DNA of 51,107 nucleotides, from contig JAUXTO010000013.1 of NCBI GenBank assembly GCA_030679255.1, forward strand, positions 256,189-307,295, given 5' to 3'. A program made the translations under genes and the position numbers. How positions within the stretch are numbered: position 1 is the stretch's first letter; each line of letters starts with the position of its first letter. The notes beneath the pieces were generated by a model that did no database searches, was not told the origin of the DNA, and worked only from the letters and a program-made list of their open reading frames with translations. This stretch comes from Candidatus Gottesmanbacteria bacterium. Lineage in GTDB: Bacteria; Patescibacteriota; Microgenomatia; UBA10105; UBA927. Below are positions 26,184-34,459 of the stretch, one piece after another.

Positions 26184-26567
26184 ATGAATTTCGATTACAC
26201 CGTTACGACCAAGAAAGCGTTTGATACAGCCGTGAAATCGGTTGAAGAGGAAACGAAAACCGCAGGGTTCAGGGTGCTCTACATTCATGATGTCGCCGCT
26301 ACTTTGAAAGAAAAAAGTTTTCAGATTGAACCGTTTAAGATTATTGAAATCTGCAATGCCAAAAGCGCGTATGCAGTATTACAGGCAGACATAAAGATTG
26401 GGCTTTGTTTGCCGTGTAAAATAAACGTGTATCAAAAAAATGATAAAACATTCATTTCCGGTATGAGGCCAACGGTCCTGCCTCAATTCTTCCCAAACGC
26501 CGACCTTGGCAATTTACCTGATGAAATTGATGCTATTATTAGAGGAATTATTGATAAGAGTAAATAA
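26184..26567 (+). CDS. DUF302 domain-containing protein
   Basis: MNFDYTVTTKKAFDTAVKSVEEETKTAGFRVLYIHDVAATLKEKSF...IIEICNAKSAYAVLQAD...LPCKINVY. The start is assigned to the internal ATG at 26184. Confidence 0.75.
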   Translation: MNFDYTVTTKKAFDTAVKSVEEETKTAGFRVLYIHDVAATLKEKSFQIEPFKIIEICNAKSAYAVLQADIKIGLCLPCKINVYQKNDKTFISGMRPTVLPQFFPNADLGNLPDEIDAIIRGIIDKSK

Positions 26568-26610
26568 GAGCCCGCCATAGGCTCGTGGCTCTCGCTGATT
26601 GGCGGACATA

Positions 26611-26649
26611 AGAAACGCTAAGCCCTCATGAAACTTGGCAAGCGTTTCT
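26611..26649 (+). promoter_or_regulatory. Inverted repeat AGAAACGCT-N21-AGCGTTTCT immediately upstream of the RBS of the 26667 ORF
   Basis: The 9-bp arms are at 26611-26619 and 26641-26649, followed by ATTGGAGGTG and the ATG at 26667. A paralogous structure is at 26883-26920. Confidence 0.55.
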
Positions 26650-26666
26650 ATTGGAGGTGAAAAATT

Positions 26667-26801
26667 ATGATGGGATATGGATGGGGAGGAACTATGATGG
26701 GATCATTCGGCGTGTATGGACTTTTGACGTGGCTCGCGCTTATCGTATTTTTAGTCTTGGGAAGCTTGTACTTTTGGAAAGGGTTAACGAAGAAAAAATA
26801 A
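26667..26801 (+). CDS. Small Gly/Trp-rich single-TM protein (hypothetical)
   Basis: 44 aa, below the ORF-track cutoff: MMGYGWGGTMMGSFGVYGLLTWLALIVFLVLGSLYFWKGLTKKK. A GGAGGTG Shine-Dalgarno sequence lies 8 nt upstream. Confidence 0.5.
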   Translation: MMGYGWGGTMMGSFGVYGLLTWLALIVFLVLGSLYFWKGLTKKK

Positions 26802-26882
26802 GATGTAGCCCGCCTACGCTTGCTTTGCGCCTTTTCACTACTATTCGTAGACGGCGCAAAGAGCGCGTGAGCGGTGGGTTTA

Positions 26883-26920
26883 AGAAACACTACGTCTCGT
26901 AAGACTCGACAAGTGTTTCT
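26883..26920 (+). promoter_or_regulatory. Inverted repeat AGAAACACT-N20-AGTGTTTCT immediately upstream of the RBS of the 26938 ORF
   Basis: The 9-bp arms are at 26883-26891 and 26912-26920, followed by AAAAGGTGGTG and the ATG at 26938. It is a paralogue of 26611-26649. Confidence 0.55.
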
Positions 26921-26937
26921 AAAAGGTGGTGATAATT

Positions 26938-27213
26938 ATGAAACATGATCCAATGGCAACGGCTAACGCAATGGCCGCAACAGTTGCGTTTATTGCGGTA
27001 GTCTGCGCGCTGGCAATCATACTCGCTCCTGAACTTTCGCTCGGAGTAGCCCAATCCTGGTTTCACGGGATTGACCTAAGCAAAATGAGAATGGCGGTCA
27101 ATCCATCTCTAGGCTCACTCCTGTATGGATGGATAACAGCCACGATTGGCGGATGGGTAGTAGGGTACGTCTTTGCATGGACCTACAATTGGTTTGCGCC
27201 AAAAAAGAAATAG
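26938..27213 (+). CDS. DUF5676-like small membrane protein
   Basis: MKHDPMATANAMAATVAFIAVVCALAIIL...GWITATIGGWVVGYVFAWTYNWF has two TM helices and the characteristic C-terminal aromatic motif. Confidence 0.55.
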   Translation: MKHDPMATANAMAATVAFIAVVCALAIILAPELSLGVAQSWFHGIDLSKMRMAVNPSLGSLLYGWITATIGGWVVGYVFAWTYNWFAPKKK

Positions 27214-27216
27214 ACG

Positions 27217-27891
27217 TTATTTCTGGAGGGATCGGTCGGGACGGACAGAGGAAAGTTCTTTTTCAAGTGCCGTCATCGAGGGAATGACGAGTTGCCGGCC
27301 GCGGGATACAAGAAGTTTTTTCTTTTTAAGGGCTTCGACCTGGAGACTTGCCGTCTCACGGGTGGTGCCGATCCATGCTGAAATCTCTTTATGCGTCGGG
27401 GACACTTCAAGCGCGACACCTTTGGCATCCTTTACCCCGAACTTTTCCGCATAATAGAGAATGAGGAGTATGGTTTTGACATACGCCGATTCAAGCACAA
27501 GGTGTTCAATACGTAACCAAAGACCGGAAACCCCCAAAAGCAATCGTTCTACAAAATCCTTTAAAACTTCCGGTTGATCATCAATAAACGTTTTGACTGC
27601 TTCCCGCGGCGCGCGACGGATAGATACTGCTGTCGCTGCCTCAAAAAAATAACGATTCGGAATGTCATTGATGACCCATGTCATGGGGAAAAACGCACCC
27701 GGACGATAAAACTGCAGCATGAGCGTCTCCCCTGCGCCGTTAATCGAATACTGACGGACGATACCTTTTTCAATATAACAAACCCCATGAGGCGTATCAT
27801 CCGCCCGAAGAATCATTTCTCCTTTTTTGTATAGAAGAAGAGGGTGAGCGGTGAAAAAATCAATTACTTTTCGTTTAACAGTATCCGTCAT
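27217..27891 (-). CDS. Crp/Fnr-family transcriptional regulator
   Basis: An N-terminal cNMP-binding-like beta-roll (GEMILRADDTPHGVCYIEKGIVRQY) is combined with a C-terminal HTH (SPTHKEISAWIGTTRETASLQVEALKKKKLL). Confidence 0.85.
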   Translation of the reverse strand: MTDTVKRKVIDFFTAHPLLLYKKGEMILRADDTPHGVCYIEKGIVRQYSINGAGETLMLQFYRPGAFFPMTWVINDIPNRYFFEAATAVSIRRAPREAVKTFIDDQPEVLKDFVERLLLGVSGLWLRIEHLVLESAYVKTILLILYYAEKFGVKDAKGVALEVSPTHKEISAWIGTTRETASLQVEALKKKKLLVSRGRQLVIPSMTALEKELSSVRPDRSLQK

Positions 27892-27982
27892 ACAGCCGAA
27901 TGGTAAGCAGGATTACAAGTATACCTCGAATCAAATAATGAAATATGTAATACATCGTACATAATTTTTCCATCAATACGGT

Positions 27983-28405
27983 ATGATAGGTTCTATGAGA
28001 AATCGATTCCTTTTTATCCTTTCCCTCGCCGGTATTGGGATTGCCATCTATGTGTTGCAAGGATTTCTCCGGCAAGCTCCCATCGTCTGTCTGAATTCCG
28101 GATGTGAAATTGTCCGTAAAAGCCCATACAGTTATCTTTTTGGTATCCCGGTACCCGGATACGGACTCATGGGTTATACTGTAATAGCAATACTCGCATT
28201 TCTCCGGACGCTCTCTCCAAAATTTCATAAACAGCTCTTGCCATGGATCGTCGGTATTGCCTCGGGTGGAGTGGCATTCGTCGTATGGTTTACCTATATG
28301 GAGCTCTTTGTTATCCGTGGGGTTTGCACCTGGTGCGCGGTTTCGGCCGTCAATATGGTAGTCATTGCAGGAATTGCGTGGAGCGAGTATCGTACAAAAA
28401 AATGA
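27983..28405 (+). CDS. Vitamin K epoxide reductase (VKOR)-family protein
   Basis: 4 TM helices, a loop Cys pair (VCLNSGCEIV) and the active-site CTWC. Confidence 0.82.
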   Translation: MIGSMRNRFLFILSLAGIGIAIYVLQGFLRQAPIVCLNSGCEIVRKSPYSYLFGIPVPGYGLMGYTVIAILAFLRTLSPKFHKQLLPWIVGIASGGVAFVVWFTYMELFVIRGVCTWCAVSAVNMVVIAGIAWSEYRTKK

Positions 28406-29028
28406 AACTTACCGGAGAATCAAAATTACTATTAGGCATCCTTGCTGCTACCGGTGCCATCATCGGAATTGCTGTTTTTTTCTTTAGCAAACCTCCCGCC
28501 CCACCGAAGCCCATCGCGCGCGATGAATTGGTCACAACGGATTCATTCAGCATCGGCAACGGATCGGCTTCAGCCTACCTCGTAGAATTTTCTGATTTTC
28601 AGTGTCCGGCCTGCCGCGCCTTTGCACCGGTAGTCAATGAGCTCGTCGGCAAGTACCCGGATAAACTACTCTTCGTATATCGGCATTTTCCGCTTACCAA
28701 ACATGAATTTGCCAAACCCGCAGCCATGGCAGCGGAAGCGGCAGGAGAGCAAGGAAAATTTTGGGAAATGGCCAAACTCCTGTTTGAAAATCAGGACCGG
28801 CTTTCCACAAAACCCTGGACAAGCTTAGCCGACGAACTCAAGCTGGACCGAACAGCATTTGATGCGGCGCTAAACTCGGAGATACTCAAAATAAAAGTCG
28901 ACCGCGATGAGAGAGCTGCTTTTCAACTCAAGCTTCCCGGAACACCATCGTTTTTCTTAAACGGTGTGCGCCTGGAAGCGGCAAGTCCGCTTGATCTACA
29001 AAAAGCAGTGGAGGACGTAGTACAATAA
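28402..29028 (+). CDS. DsbA-like thioredoxin-fold oxidoreductase, membrane anchored
   Basis: The start at MKLTGES overlaps the VKOR stop by 4 nt. The active site is FSDFQCPACRAF, followed by GTPSFFLNG. Confidence 0.85.
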   Translation: MKLTGESKLLLGILAATGAIIGIAVFFFSKPPAPPKPIARDELVTTDSFSIGNGSASAYLVEFSDFQCPACRAFAPVVNELVGKYPDKLLFVYRHFPLTKHEFAKPAAMAAEAAGEQGKFWEMAKLLFENQDRLSTKPWTSLADELKLDRTAFDAALNSEILKIKVDRDERAAFQLKLPGTPSFFLNGVRLEAASPLDLQKAVEDVVQ

Positions 29029-29032
29029 TACC

Positions 29033-29794
29033 ATGTTCGATCTAACCGGAAAAATAGCACTTGTGACGGGGGCTAGCAGTGGCATCGGACGGGCATCGGC
29101 TCTTGCCCTCGCCCGCCAAGGAGCGACCGTCGTAGTCGCCGCACGACGGGTAGAAAAGCTACAGACCCTGGCAAAAGAAATCGTTGCCATGGGACGGGAA
29201 TCGTTACCGGTTGCCATGGATGTAACGAAAAAAGACACTATTTCCTCTGCAGTGAATAAAACCGTAGAGATGTACGGCAAGATAGATATCCTCCTTAATA
29301 ATGCCGGGGTCGCTGAATTTACTCCATTTTTGGATTTGACCGAAGAACAATGGGATAAAACACTCGATACGAACCTGAAGGGGTGCTTTCTTGTAGCTCA
29401 ACTCACTGCCCGCGAAATGGCCAAACACAAATGGGGGCGGATCGTGAATATCGCATCAATTGCTTCAGGTGGTGTCGGCGTTGGATTCCCATCAGTCGCC
29501 CACTACTGCGCGAGTAAGGGAGGGATTGTCGCCATGACCGAAGCTATGGCTATTGAACTCGCCCCCATGGGAATACTCGTCAACTGCATCGGGCCTGGAG
29601 TAATCGAAACAGAAATGACTGAAGGACTGCTCAAAGATCCCAAGCAAGCTGAAGCGCTTCTTGCCAGGGCTCCCCTCAAACGCGCCGGAAAAGCGGAAGA
29701 GATTGCTGCGGCAGTGGTCTATTTTGCCTCCAATGAATCCAGTTACACGACGGGATCAATCCTCTACGTCGACGGCGGGTGGCTCGCAAATTAA
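29033..29794 (+). CDS. SDR-family oxidoreductase (FabG-like)
   Basis: TGASSGIGRA, NNAG and YCASKGG (YxxxK) motifs in a 253 aa protein. Confidence 0.9.
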   Translation: MFDLTGKIALVTGASSGIGRASALALARQGATVVVAARRVEKLQTLAKEIVAMGRESLPVAMDVTKKDTISSAVNKTVEMYGKIDILLNNAGVAEFTPFLDLTEEQWDKTLDTNLKGCFLVAQLTAREMAKHKWGRIVNIASIASGGVGVGFPSVAHYCASKGGIVAMTEAMAIELAPMGILVNCIGPGVIETEMTEGLLKDPKQAEALLARAPLKRAGKAEEIAAAVVYFASNESSYTTGSILYVDGGWLAN

Positions 29795-29901
29795 TCATAA
29801 TTGCCTGCACTGAGCGAGCGTACGCGAGTCGAAGTGTTTGACAGATTACACAATCTCCCTTACTATAATGAAATATAAATACGAAACTCGTCATCAGCAT
29901 T

Positions 29902-30339
29902 GTGATCGTCGCCGGCGCAATAGGCGCTAGTGTCATTCTTCAAAAAAATCGCAACTCCGCCAAGCAACCACTCGAATCGAGGCAAACGGTCACGGAAAAA
30001 ACATCATCAGATCAGATCAAACGATACGAGCTCTATACGCCAACATTATTTACCAACACAGCCAATAAACGACGCGTACTCTATTTTTATGCAACCTGGT
30101 GCCCATCCTGCAAACTGGCCGATGCTGACTTTACGGCAAATGCTAACAACATTCCGGCTGACGCTATCGTGTTGAGGGTCAACTATAATGATCCGGATAC
30201 AGATAACGAAGAAAAAAAATTGGCAAGAACATACGGAATAACGTATCAACACACTTTTGTCCAAATAGATGCCCAAGGAAAACCCTTGACCACATGGAAC
30301 GGTGGCCAAACGGATGACCTGGTGGCAAAGATTCAATAG
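29902..30339 (+). CDS. Thioredoxin-family protein (N-terminus uncertain)
   Basis: VLYFYATWCPSCKLADADF active site. The ORF-track start is a GTG in the middle of a predicted TM helix, and the upstream ATG at 29868 is in another frame. Confidence 0.75.
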   Translation: MIVAGAIGASVILQKNRNSAKQPLESRQTVTEKTSSDQIKRYELYTPTLFTNTANKRRVLYFYATWCPSCKLADADFTANANNIPADAIVLRVNYNDPDTDNEEKKLARTYGITYQHTFVQIDAQGKPLTTWNGGQTDDLVAKIQ

Positions 30340-30355
30340 TCTAACAACTCTTACA

Positions 30356-32077
30356 ATGATACTCCTTGTCGCTTTTGCATTTCTGGGAGGAATTGTTACT
30401 ATTCTCTCCCCCTGCATACTGCCCATTTTACCCATCGTGCTCTCCGGATCGATAACCGGAGGTAAACAACGCCCATGGGGCGTGGTCGTAGGATTTATCG
30501 CGAGCTTTACATTTTTTACCCTCTTCCTATCGGCGATCGTGAAAGCAACGAATATCTCTGCTGATGCTCTCCGTATGGTATCGGTCGTTGTTATCGCGAT
30601 ATTTGGTCTATCTCTTCTTCTTCCGATGATTCAGCTGATGACCGAACGACTATTTTCCAGACTAACGGGATTACTGTCACCTCGTACACTGTCTCCGTCA
30701 CGATCTGATTTTTTCAGCGGACTGCTCGTCGGCTTGAGCTTGGGCCTTCTTTGGACCCCATGCGTCGGCCCGATCCTGGCTTCGATCATTACCTTGGCGG
30801 CAACAAGCCAAGTGACGGCTGATACCATCATTATCACACTTGCCTATGCTACTGGCACCGCTATCCCGCTCCTTGCAATCACGTACGGCGGCAGAAGTCT
30901 CCTGACTAAAAACCCGTGGCTCGTCGCCAATTCGGGACGCATACAGAAAGGATTTGGCATACTTATGATACTTACCGCTCTATCTCTATACTTACAGCTT
31001 GATCGAAGATTTCAATCATATATACTCAATCGATTCCCGAACTATGGGTTGGGTTTAACTAAATTTGAAGATACTGCGCTTATAAAAAAATCATTACAAC
31101 AGTTACAAAATCCATCTTTACGAAAGGAGTCGTCTATGATAAACGCACCCGAACTCATCCCCGGAGGAATATGGTTTAACCTTCCCGCCAATCAGGAATC
31201 TATGAGTATAAAAAGTCTTCGAGGACAAGTAGTACTCGTCGATTTTTGGACCTATACGTGTATAAATTGTATTCGAACACTTCCCTACCTCAAATCATGG
31301 CATGAGAAGTATAAAAACAAAGGACTCACGATTGTGGGTATTCACACCCCGGAGTTTGAATTTGAAAAAAATCCGGATAATGTGGCTCGGGCAATCCGCG
31401 ACTTTGGCATCATGTATCCCGTCATGCAAGACAATGCGTTTGCCACCTGGAACGCATACGCCAATCGGTATTGGCCGGCGAAATATTTGATTGATAAAAA
31501 TGGCGTCATCCTCTACACGCACTTCGGCGAAGGAAACTATGACGAGACGGAAACGAAAATTCAGGAACTTCTCAAGGAGGCAGGCACACTGACCGAAGAG
31601 ATGCCCGTGAACAATGCAGCGTACCAAACATCCGCGCGGACACCTGAGACGTATCTGGGTAATTGGCGGATTGCAGCGATCGCCTCACCCGAACGCATTC
31701 AACAAGATGTTTCAAAGAGGTATTCTATACCGGAAAATCTTACCCAAAATACATTTGCCTTGGGCGGTACATGGATGGTGGGATATGAATATGCACAACC
31801 TGAAAGAGGGGCCAATCTGATATACCGATTCGATGCGGCGAATGTATTTCTTGTGATGAGGCCAAAAACAAAAGGTACTATCGGTACCATACGTGTGCTC
31901 CTTGATGGAAAACCAGCCGACAAAAATACAGCAGGCGAAGATGTGAACGATGGAGTGGTACGTGTAGACGCCGACCGGCTCTATAAACTCATCAAACTCC
32001 CCAGTGGTGGTGAACACACTCTGGAACTGGAATTTCCCGAGGGCAACATTGAACTCTACGCATTTACGTTTGGATAA
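30356..32077 (+). CDS. DipZ-like fusion: CcdA transmembrane domain + thioredoxin-like (redoxin) domain + C-terminal beta-rich domain
   Basis: LSPCILPILP and LWTPCVGPIL are the CcdA half-motifs. VDFWTYTCINCIRTLPY is the redoxin CxxC. The start could also be the GTG at 30302 or the ATG at 30314. Confidence 0.82.
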   Translation: MILLVAFAFLGGIVTILSPCILPILPIVLSGSITGGKQRPWGVVVGFIASFTFFTLFLSAIVKATNISADALRMVSVVVIAIFGLSLLLPMIQLMTERLFSRLTGLLSPRTLSPSRSDFFSGLLVGLSLGLLWTPCVGPILASIITLAATSQVTADTIIITLAYATGTAIPLLAITYGGRSLLTKNPWLVANSGRIQKGFGILMILTALSLYLQLDRRFQSYILNRFPNYGLGLTKFEDTALIKKSLQQLQNPSLRKESSMINAPELIPGGIWFNLPANQESMSIKSLRGQVVLVDFWTYTCINCIRTLPYLKSWHEKYKNKGLTIVGIHTPEFEFEKNPDNVARAIRDFGIMYPVMQDNAFATWNAYANRYWPAKYLIDKNGVILYTHFGEGNYDETETKIQELLKEAGTLTEEMPVNNAAYQTSARTPETYLGNWRIAAIASPERIQQDVSKRYSIPENLTQNTFALGGTWMVGYEYAQPERGANLIYRFDAANVFLVMRPKTKGTIGTIRVLLDGKPADKNTAGEDVNDGVVRVDADRLYKLIKLPSGGEHTLELEFPEGNIELYAFTFG

Positions 32078-32135
32078 ATTCAATATACGGATACAATACT
32101 TGTAAAGTCTTGCATCGACCATATACTATACAATC

Positions 32136-32591
32136 ATGAATATTCTCCTTGTTTACGCCACCAACTCCGGAAGTACAGCGGCGGCTGCACAGTTGATTGC
32201 AGATGTCTTGACCGCAAAAGGACACATAGTATCCGTCAAAGACGCAAAAATTGCGACTCCTGAAGAGGTGACCGCTGCGCCGTTTTTTATCCTCGGATCG
32301 CCAAGCTGGGATCACGATGGACTGGAGGGACAACCACTTCCGGAAATGGAAGAGTTTATCACCCGGTGTAAAGACGTACAACTAAACGGCAAACCCTGCA
32401 CAGTGTTTGGACTGGGAGATAGTTCCTACACATACTTTTGTGGTGCAGTCACGTATCTTGAGGCGTTCATCAAACGGACCGGGGGGACACTCACTTTCCC
32501 ATCACTCAAAGTCGATGGATTTTATATGAAGCCGGAGGCGGGAGAGAATGTTACGAAGTGGGCAAATGAATTGGCGGAAAAGATAAAATAA
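32136..32591 (+). CDS. Flavodoxin (short-chain)
   Basis: MNILLVYATNSGSTAAAAQ FMN phosphate loop and GLGDSSYTYFCGA motif, 151 aa. Confidence 0.85.
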   Translation: MNILLVYATNSGSTAAAAQLIADVLTAKGHIVSVKDAKIATPEEVTAAPFFILGSPSWDHDGLEGQPLPEMEEFITRCKDVQLNGKPCTVFGLGDSSYTYFCGAVTYLEAFIKRTGGTLTFPSLKVDGFYMKPEAGENVTKWANELAEKIK

Positions 32592-32628
32592 GAGAACATA
32601 GGAGAAATTAGGAGATAGTAAGAGATAC
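32590..32628. repeat. Word-repeat tract (TAGGAGA-type words) between convergent flavodoxin and glycosylase genes
   Basis: aagagaacataggagaaattaggagatagtaagagatac, with a roughly 9-10 nt period. Confidence 0.6.
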
Positions 32629-32639
32629 ACGCGTGACGA

Positions 32640-33263
32640 TCAAGACTTCAACTCCAAACTTTTCCATAAAATACGGGCGGCATAGGTACGATAGGGCTTC
32701 CATTTATTCACAATCTTTTCCATCTGCTTAATTGTCGGGTCTTTTTTGAACCCATATAATTTTTTGATCGCATTTTTCAGTCCCAAATCCCCATAAGAGA
32801 ATATATCTTCACGCCCCAAGGTAAACATGAGAAACATCTCCGCCGTCCATGGACCGATACCTTTGACTTTCGTGAGTTCGGCGATGACCTCATGGTCTGA
32901 CAATTGGGCTAATTGGTCTAATTGGACAGATTTGACAAGTACCTGTTGCGCTAGGTCACGGATAAATCGCGTCTTGGACCAACTCATGCCGGTTGTACGA
33001 AGCTTCTCTTCTGAAAGCTTCATCACTGTGCGGGGGGTAATAATTTTAGTAGGAAATAATTTCTCAAACCGGGAAAAAATGACATCCGATACCTTGCCCG
33101 ATAACTGCTGGCCGATGATGTTTTCACACAAAGATACAAAGTAATCCTCTGCAGGACGGGCATTACGATTTTCGAGCATAATAATGCTAGCAACTGAAAA
33201 AAGAATAGGATCAATGGATTGAAAATGATTTTGCACTTTCCTGTTCATATCATCTATACACAC
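32640..33263 (-). CDS. DNA-3-methyladenine glycosylase II-like (HhH-GPD superfamily)
   Basis: LTKVKGIGPWTAEMFLMFTLGREDIFSYGDLGLKNA is a helix-hairpin-helix Gly/Pro loop with the catalytic Asp. Confidence 0.82.
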   Translation of the reverse strand: MCIDDMNRKVQNHFQSIDPILFSVASIIMLENRNARPAEDYFVSLCENIIGQQLSGKVSDVIFSRFEKLFPTKIITPRTVMKLSEEKLRTTGMSWSKTRFIRDLAQQVLVKSVQLDQLAQLSDHEVIAELTKVKGIGPWTAEMFLMFTLGREDIFSYGDLGLKNAIKKLYGFKKDPTIKQMEKIVNKWKPYRTYAARILWKSLELKS

Positions 33264-33454
33264 TTAATTATTAGCGGCTGATCACAATTGGGACAATCAA
33301 ACGGCAATTCGCGACCCGGCGGAACATCATCAAGTTGTGCCTTTGTAAGCCCTATGGGTACGGTTCGATGACAATTTGGACACACAAGGCTTTGTTCAGA
33401 ATTAAAGGGAGTAATTTCGGAGCTTTCTACTTCTATAATTTCTGGTATCGGCAT
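33254..33454 (-). CDS. Small zinc-ribbon protein (hypothetical)
   Basis: 66 aa with CPNCHRTVP...CPNCDQPL. Confidence 0.5.
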   Translation of the reverse strand: MPIPEIIEVESSEITPFNSEQSLVCPNCHRTVPIGLTKAQLDDVPPGRELPFDCPNCDQPLIIKCV

Positions 33455-33539
33455 TTTCTTAAAAAGATGTTATTTCAATATCATCTTGCTGTCCGAACTA
33501 CCTTATATCTTTTCCATTTTGAAGAAAATTCGGCTACTA

Positions 33540-34016
33540 TTACCATTTAAAGTGAGCGAACGCTCTATTGGCTTCTGCTGCGCGGTGGATCGTGTCGCGT
33601 TTTTTGATGGCTTCCCCTACTCCTTGGGATGCATCCAGAAGCTCAACAGCCAACTTTTCGGCGAAGGTATGAAATTCTTTGTTCGATCGTTTTTGGGCAA
33701 ACATGACAAGCCAACGAAGGGCGAGCGACACTCTGCGGTCTCCCCGTACTTCCGTCGGCACCTGATACGATGCTCCACCGACCCTGCGGGCACGGACTTC
33801 CATCTTGGGGCCAATGTTATTGATCGCCGTTTCAAATACTTTTATCGGATCTTCCTGTCCTTTTTCTTTGAGAATCGCCAGCGCCCGGTATACCTGCGTC
33901 TCTGCAGTACGCTTTTTCCCGCGCTCCATGACACGGTTGACGAGCCGCGTGAGCAACCTGTTCCCGTAGACAGGATCAGCGGCAAGAAGTTTTTTGGTAA
34001 CCCGTTTTCCTCTCAT
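33540..34016 (-). CDS. rpsG: 30S ribosomal protein S7
   Basis: DPVYGNRLLTRLVNRVMERGKKRTAE...EVRARRVGGASYQVP...ANRAFAHFKW. Confidence 0.96.
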   Translation of the reverse strand: MRGKRVTKKLLAADPVYGNRLLTRLVNRVMERGKKRTAETQVYRALAILKEKGQEDPIKVFETAINNIGPKMEVRARRVGGASYQVPTEVRGDRRVSLALRWLVMFAQKRSNKEFHTFAEKLAVELLDASQGVGEAIKKRDTIHRAAEANRAFAHFKW

Positions 34017-34020
34017 AAGA

Positions 34021-34458
34021 TTAATTCGCTTTGGCAGCGACAGGGCCCGTCGCTCCGGCTTTCGTACCGTAGCGGCTGCGGCCTTGTTTCCTGCCTACGA
34101 CGCCCGTCATGTCAAATTTACCCCGGACAATATGATATTTGACTCCGGGCAAATCCGGTACCCGGCCGCCACGGATAAGTACTATCGCGTGCTCCGTAAG
34201 TTCATGTCCAATGCCGCCGATATACGCCGTGACTTCCTGCTTATTGGAAAGTCTGACCCGGGCGACTTTACGCAGTGCTGAGTTGGGCTTTTTGGGCGTC
34301 ATGGTCTTGACGAGTGTGACGACTCCCCGCTTGAACGGTGCGGCGAGCTGGCTCGTCACGCGGTCTTTGGCGTTAAAAAATTTGCGCAGCGCCGTCGCTT
34401 TGACTTTTTTCGACTTCCGTTTGCGGCCATATTTGATAAGTTGATTAATCGTAGGCAT
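34021..34458 (-). CDS. rpsL: 30S ribosomal protein S12
   Basis: [13 protein letters not shown]...[18 protein letters not shown]...[21 protein letters not shown]. The start is placed at MPTINQ, directly after the rpoC stop. Confidence 0.95.
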   Translation of the reverse strand: MPTINQLIKYGRKRKSKKVKATALRKFFNAKDRVTSQLAAPFKRGVVTLVKTMTPKKPNSALRKVARVRLSNKQEVTAYIGGIGHELTEHAIVLIRGGRVPDLPGVKYHIVRGKFDMTGVVGRKQGRSRYGTKAGATGPVAAKAN

Positions 34459-34459
34459 A

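Noticed and set aside
26651-26902. 83-aa plus-strand ORF and 26648-26890 minus-strand ORF
   Set aside because: Neither has a ribosome-binding site, and both span the inverted-repeat elements. The 44-codon frame at 26667-26801, with a strong Shine-Dalgarno sequence and a clean TM helix, explains the region better, though it is itself only moderate confidence.
33486-34142. 218-aa plus-strand ORF
   Set aside because: It is antisense to rpsG and rpsL.
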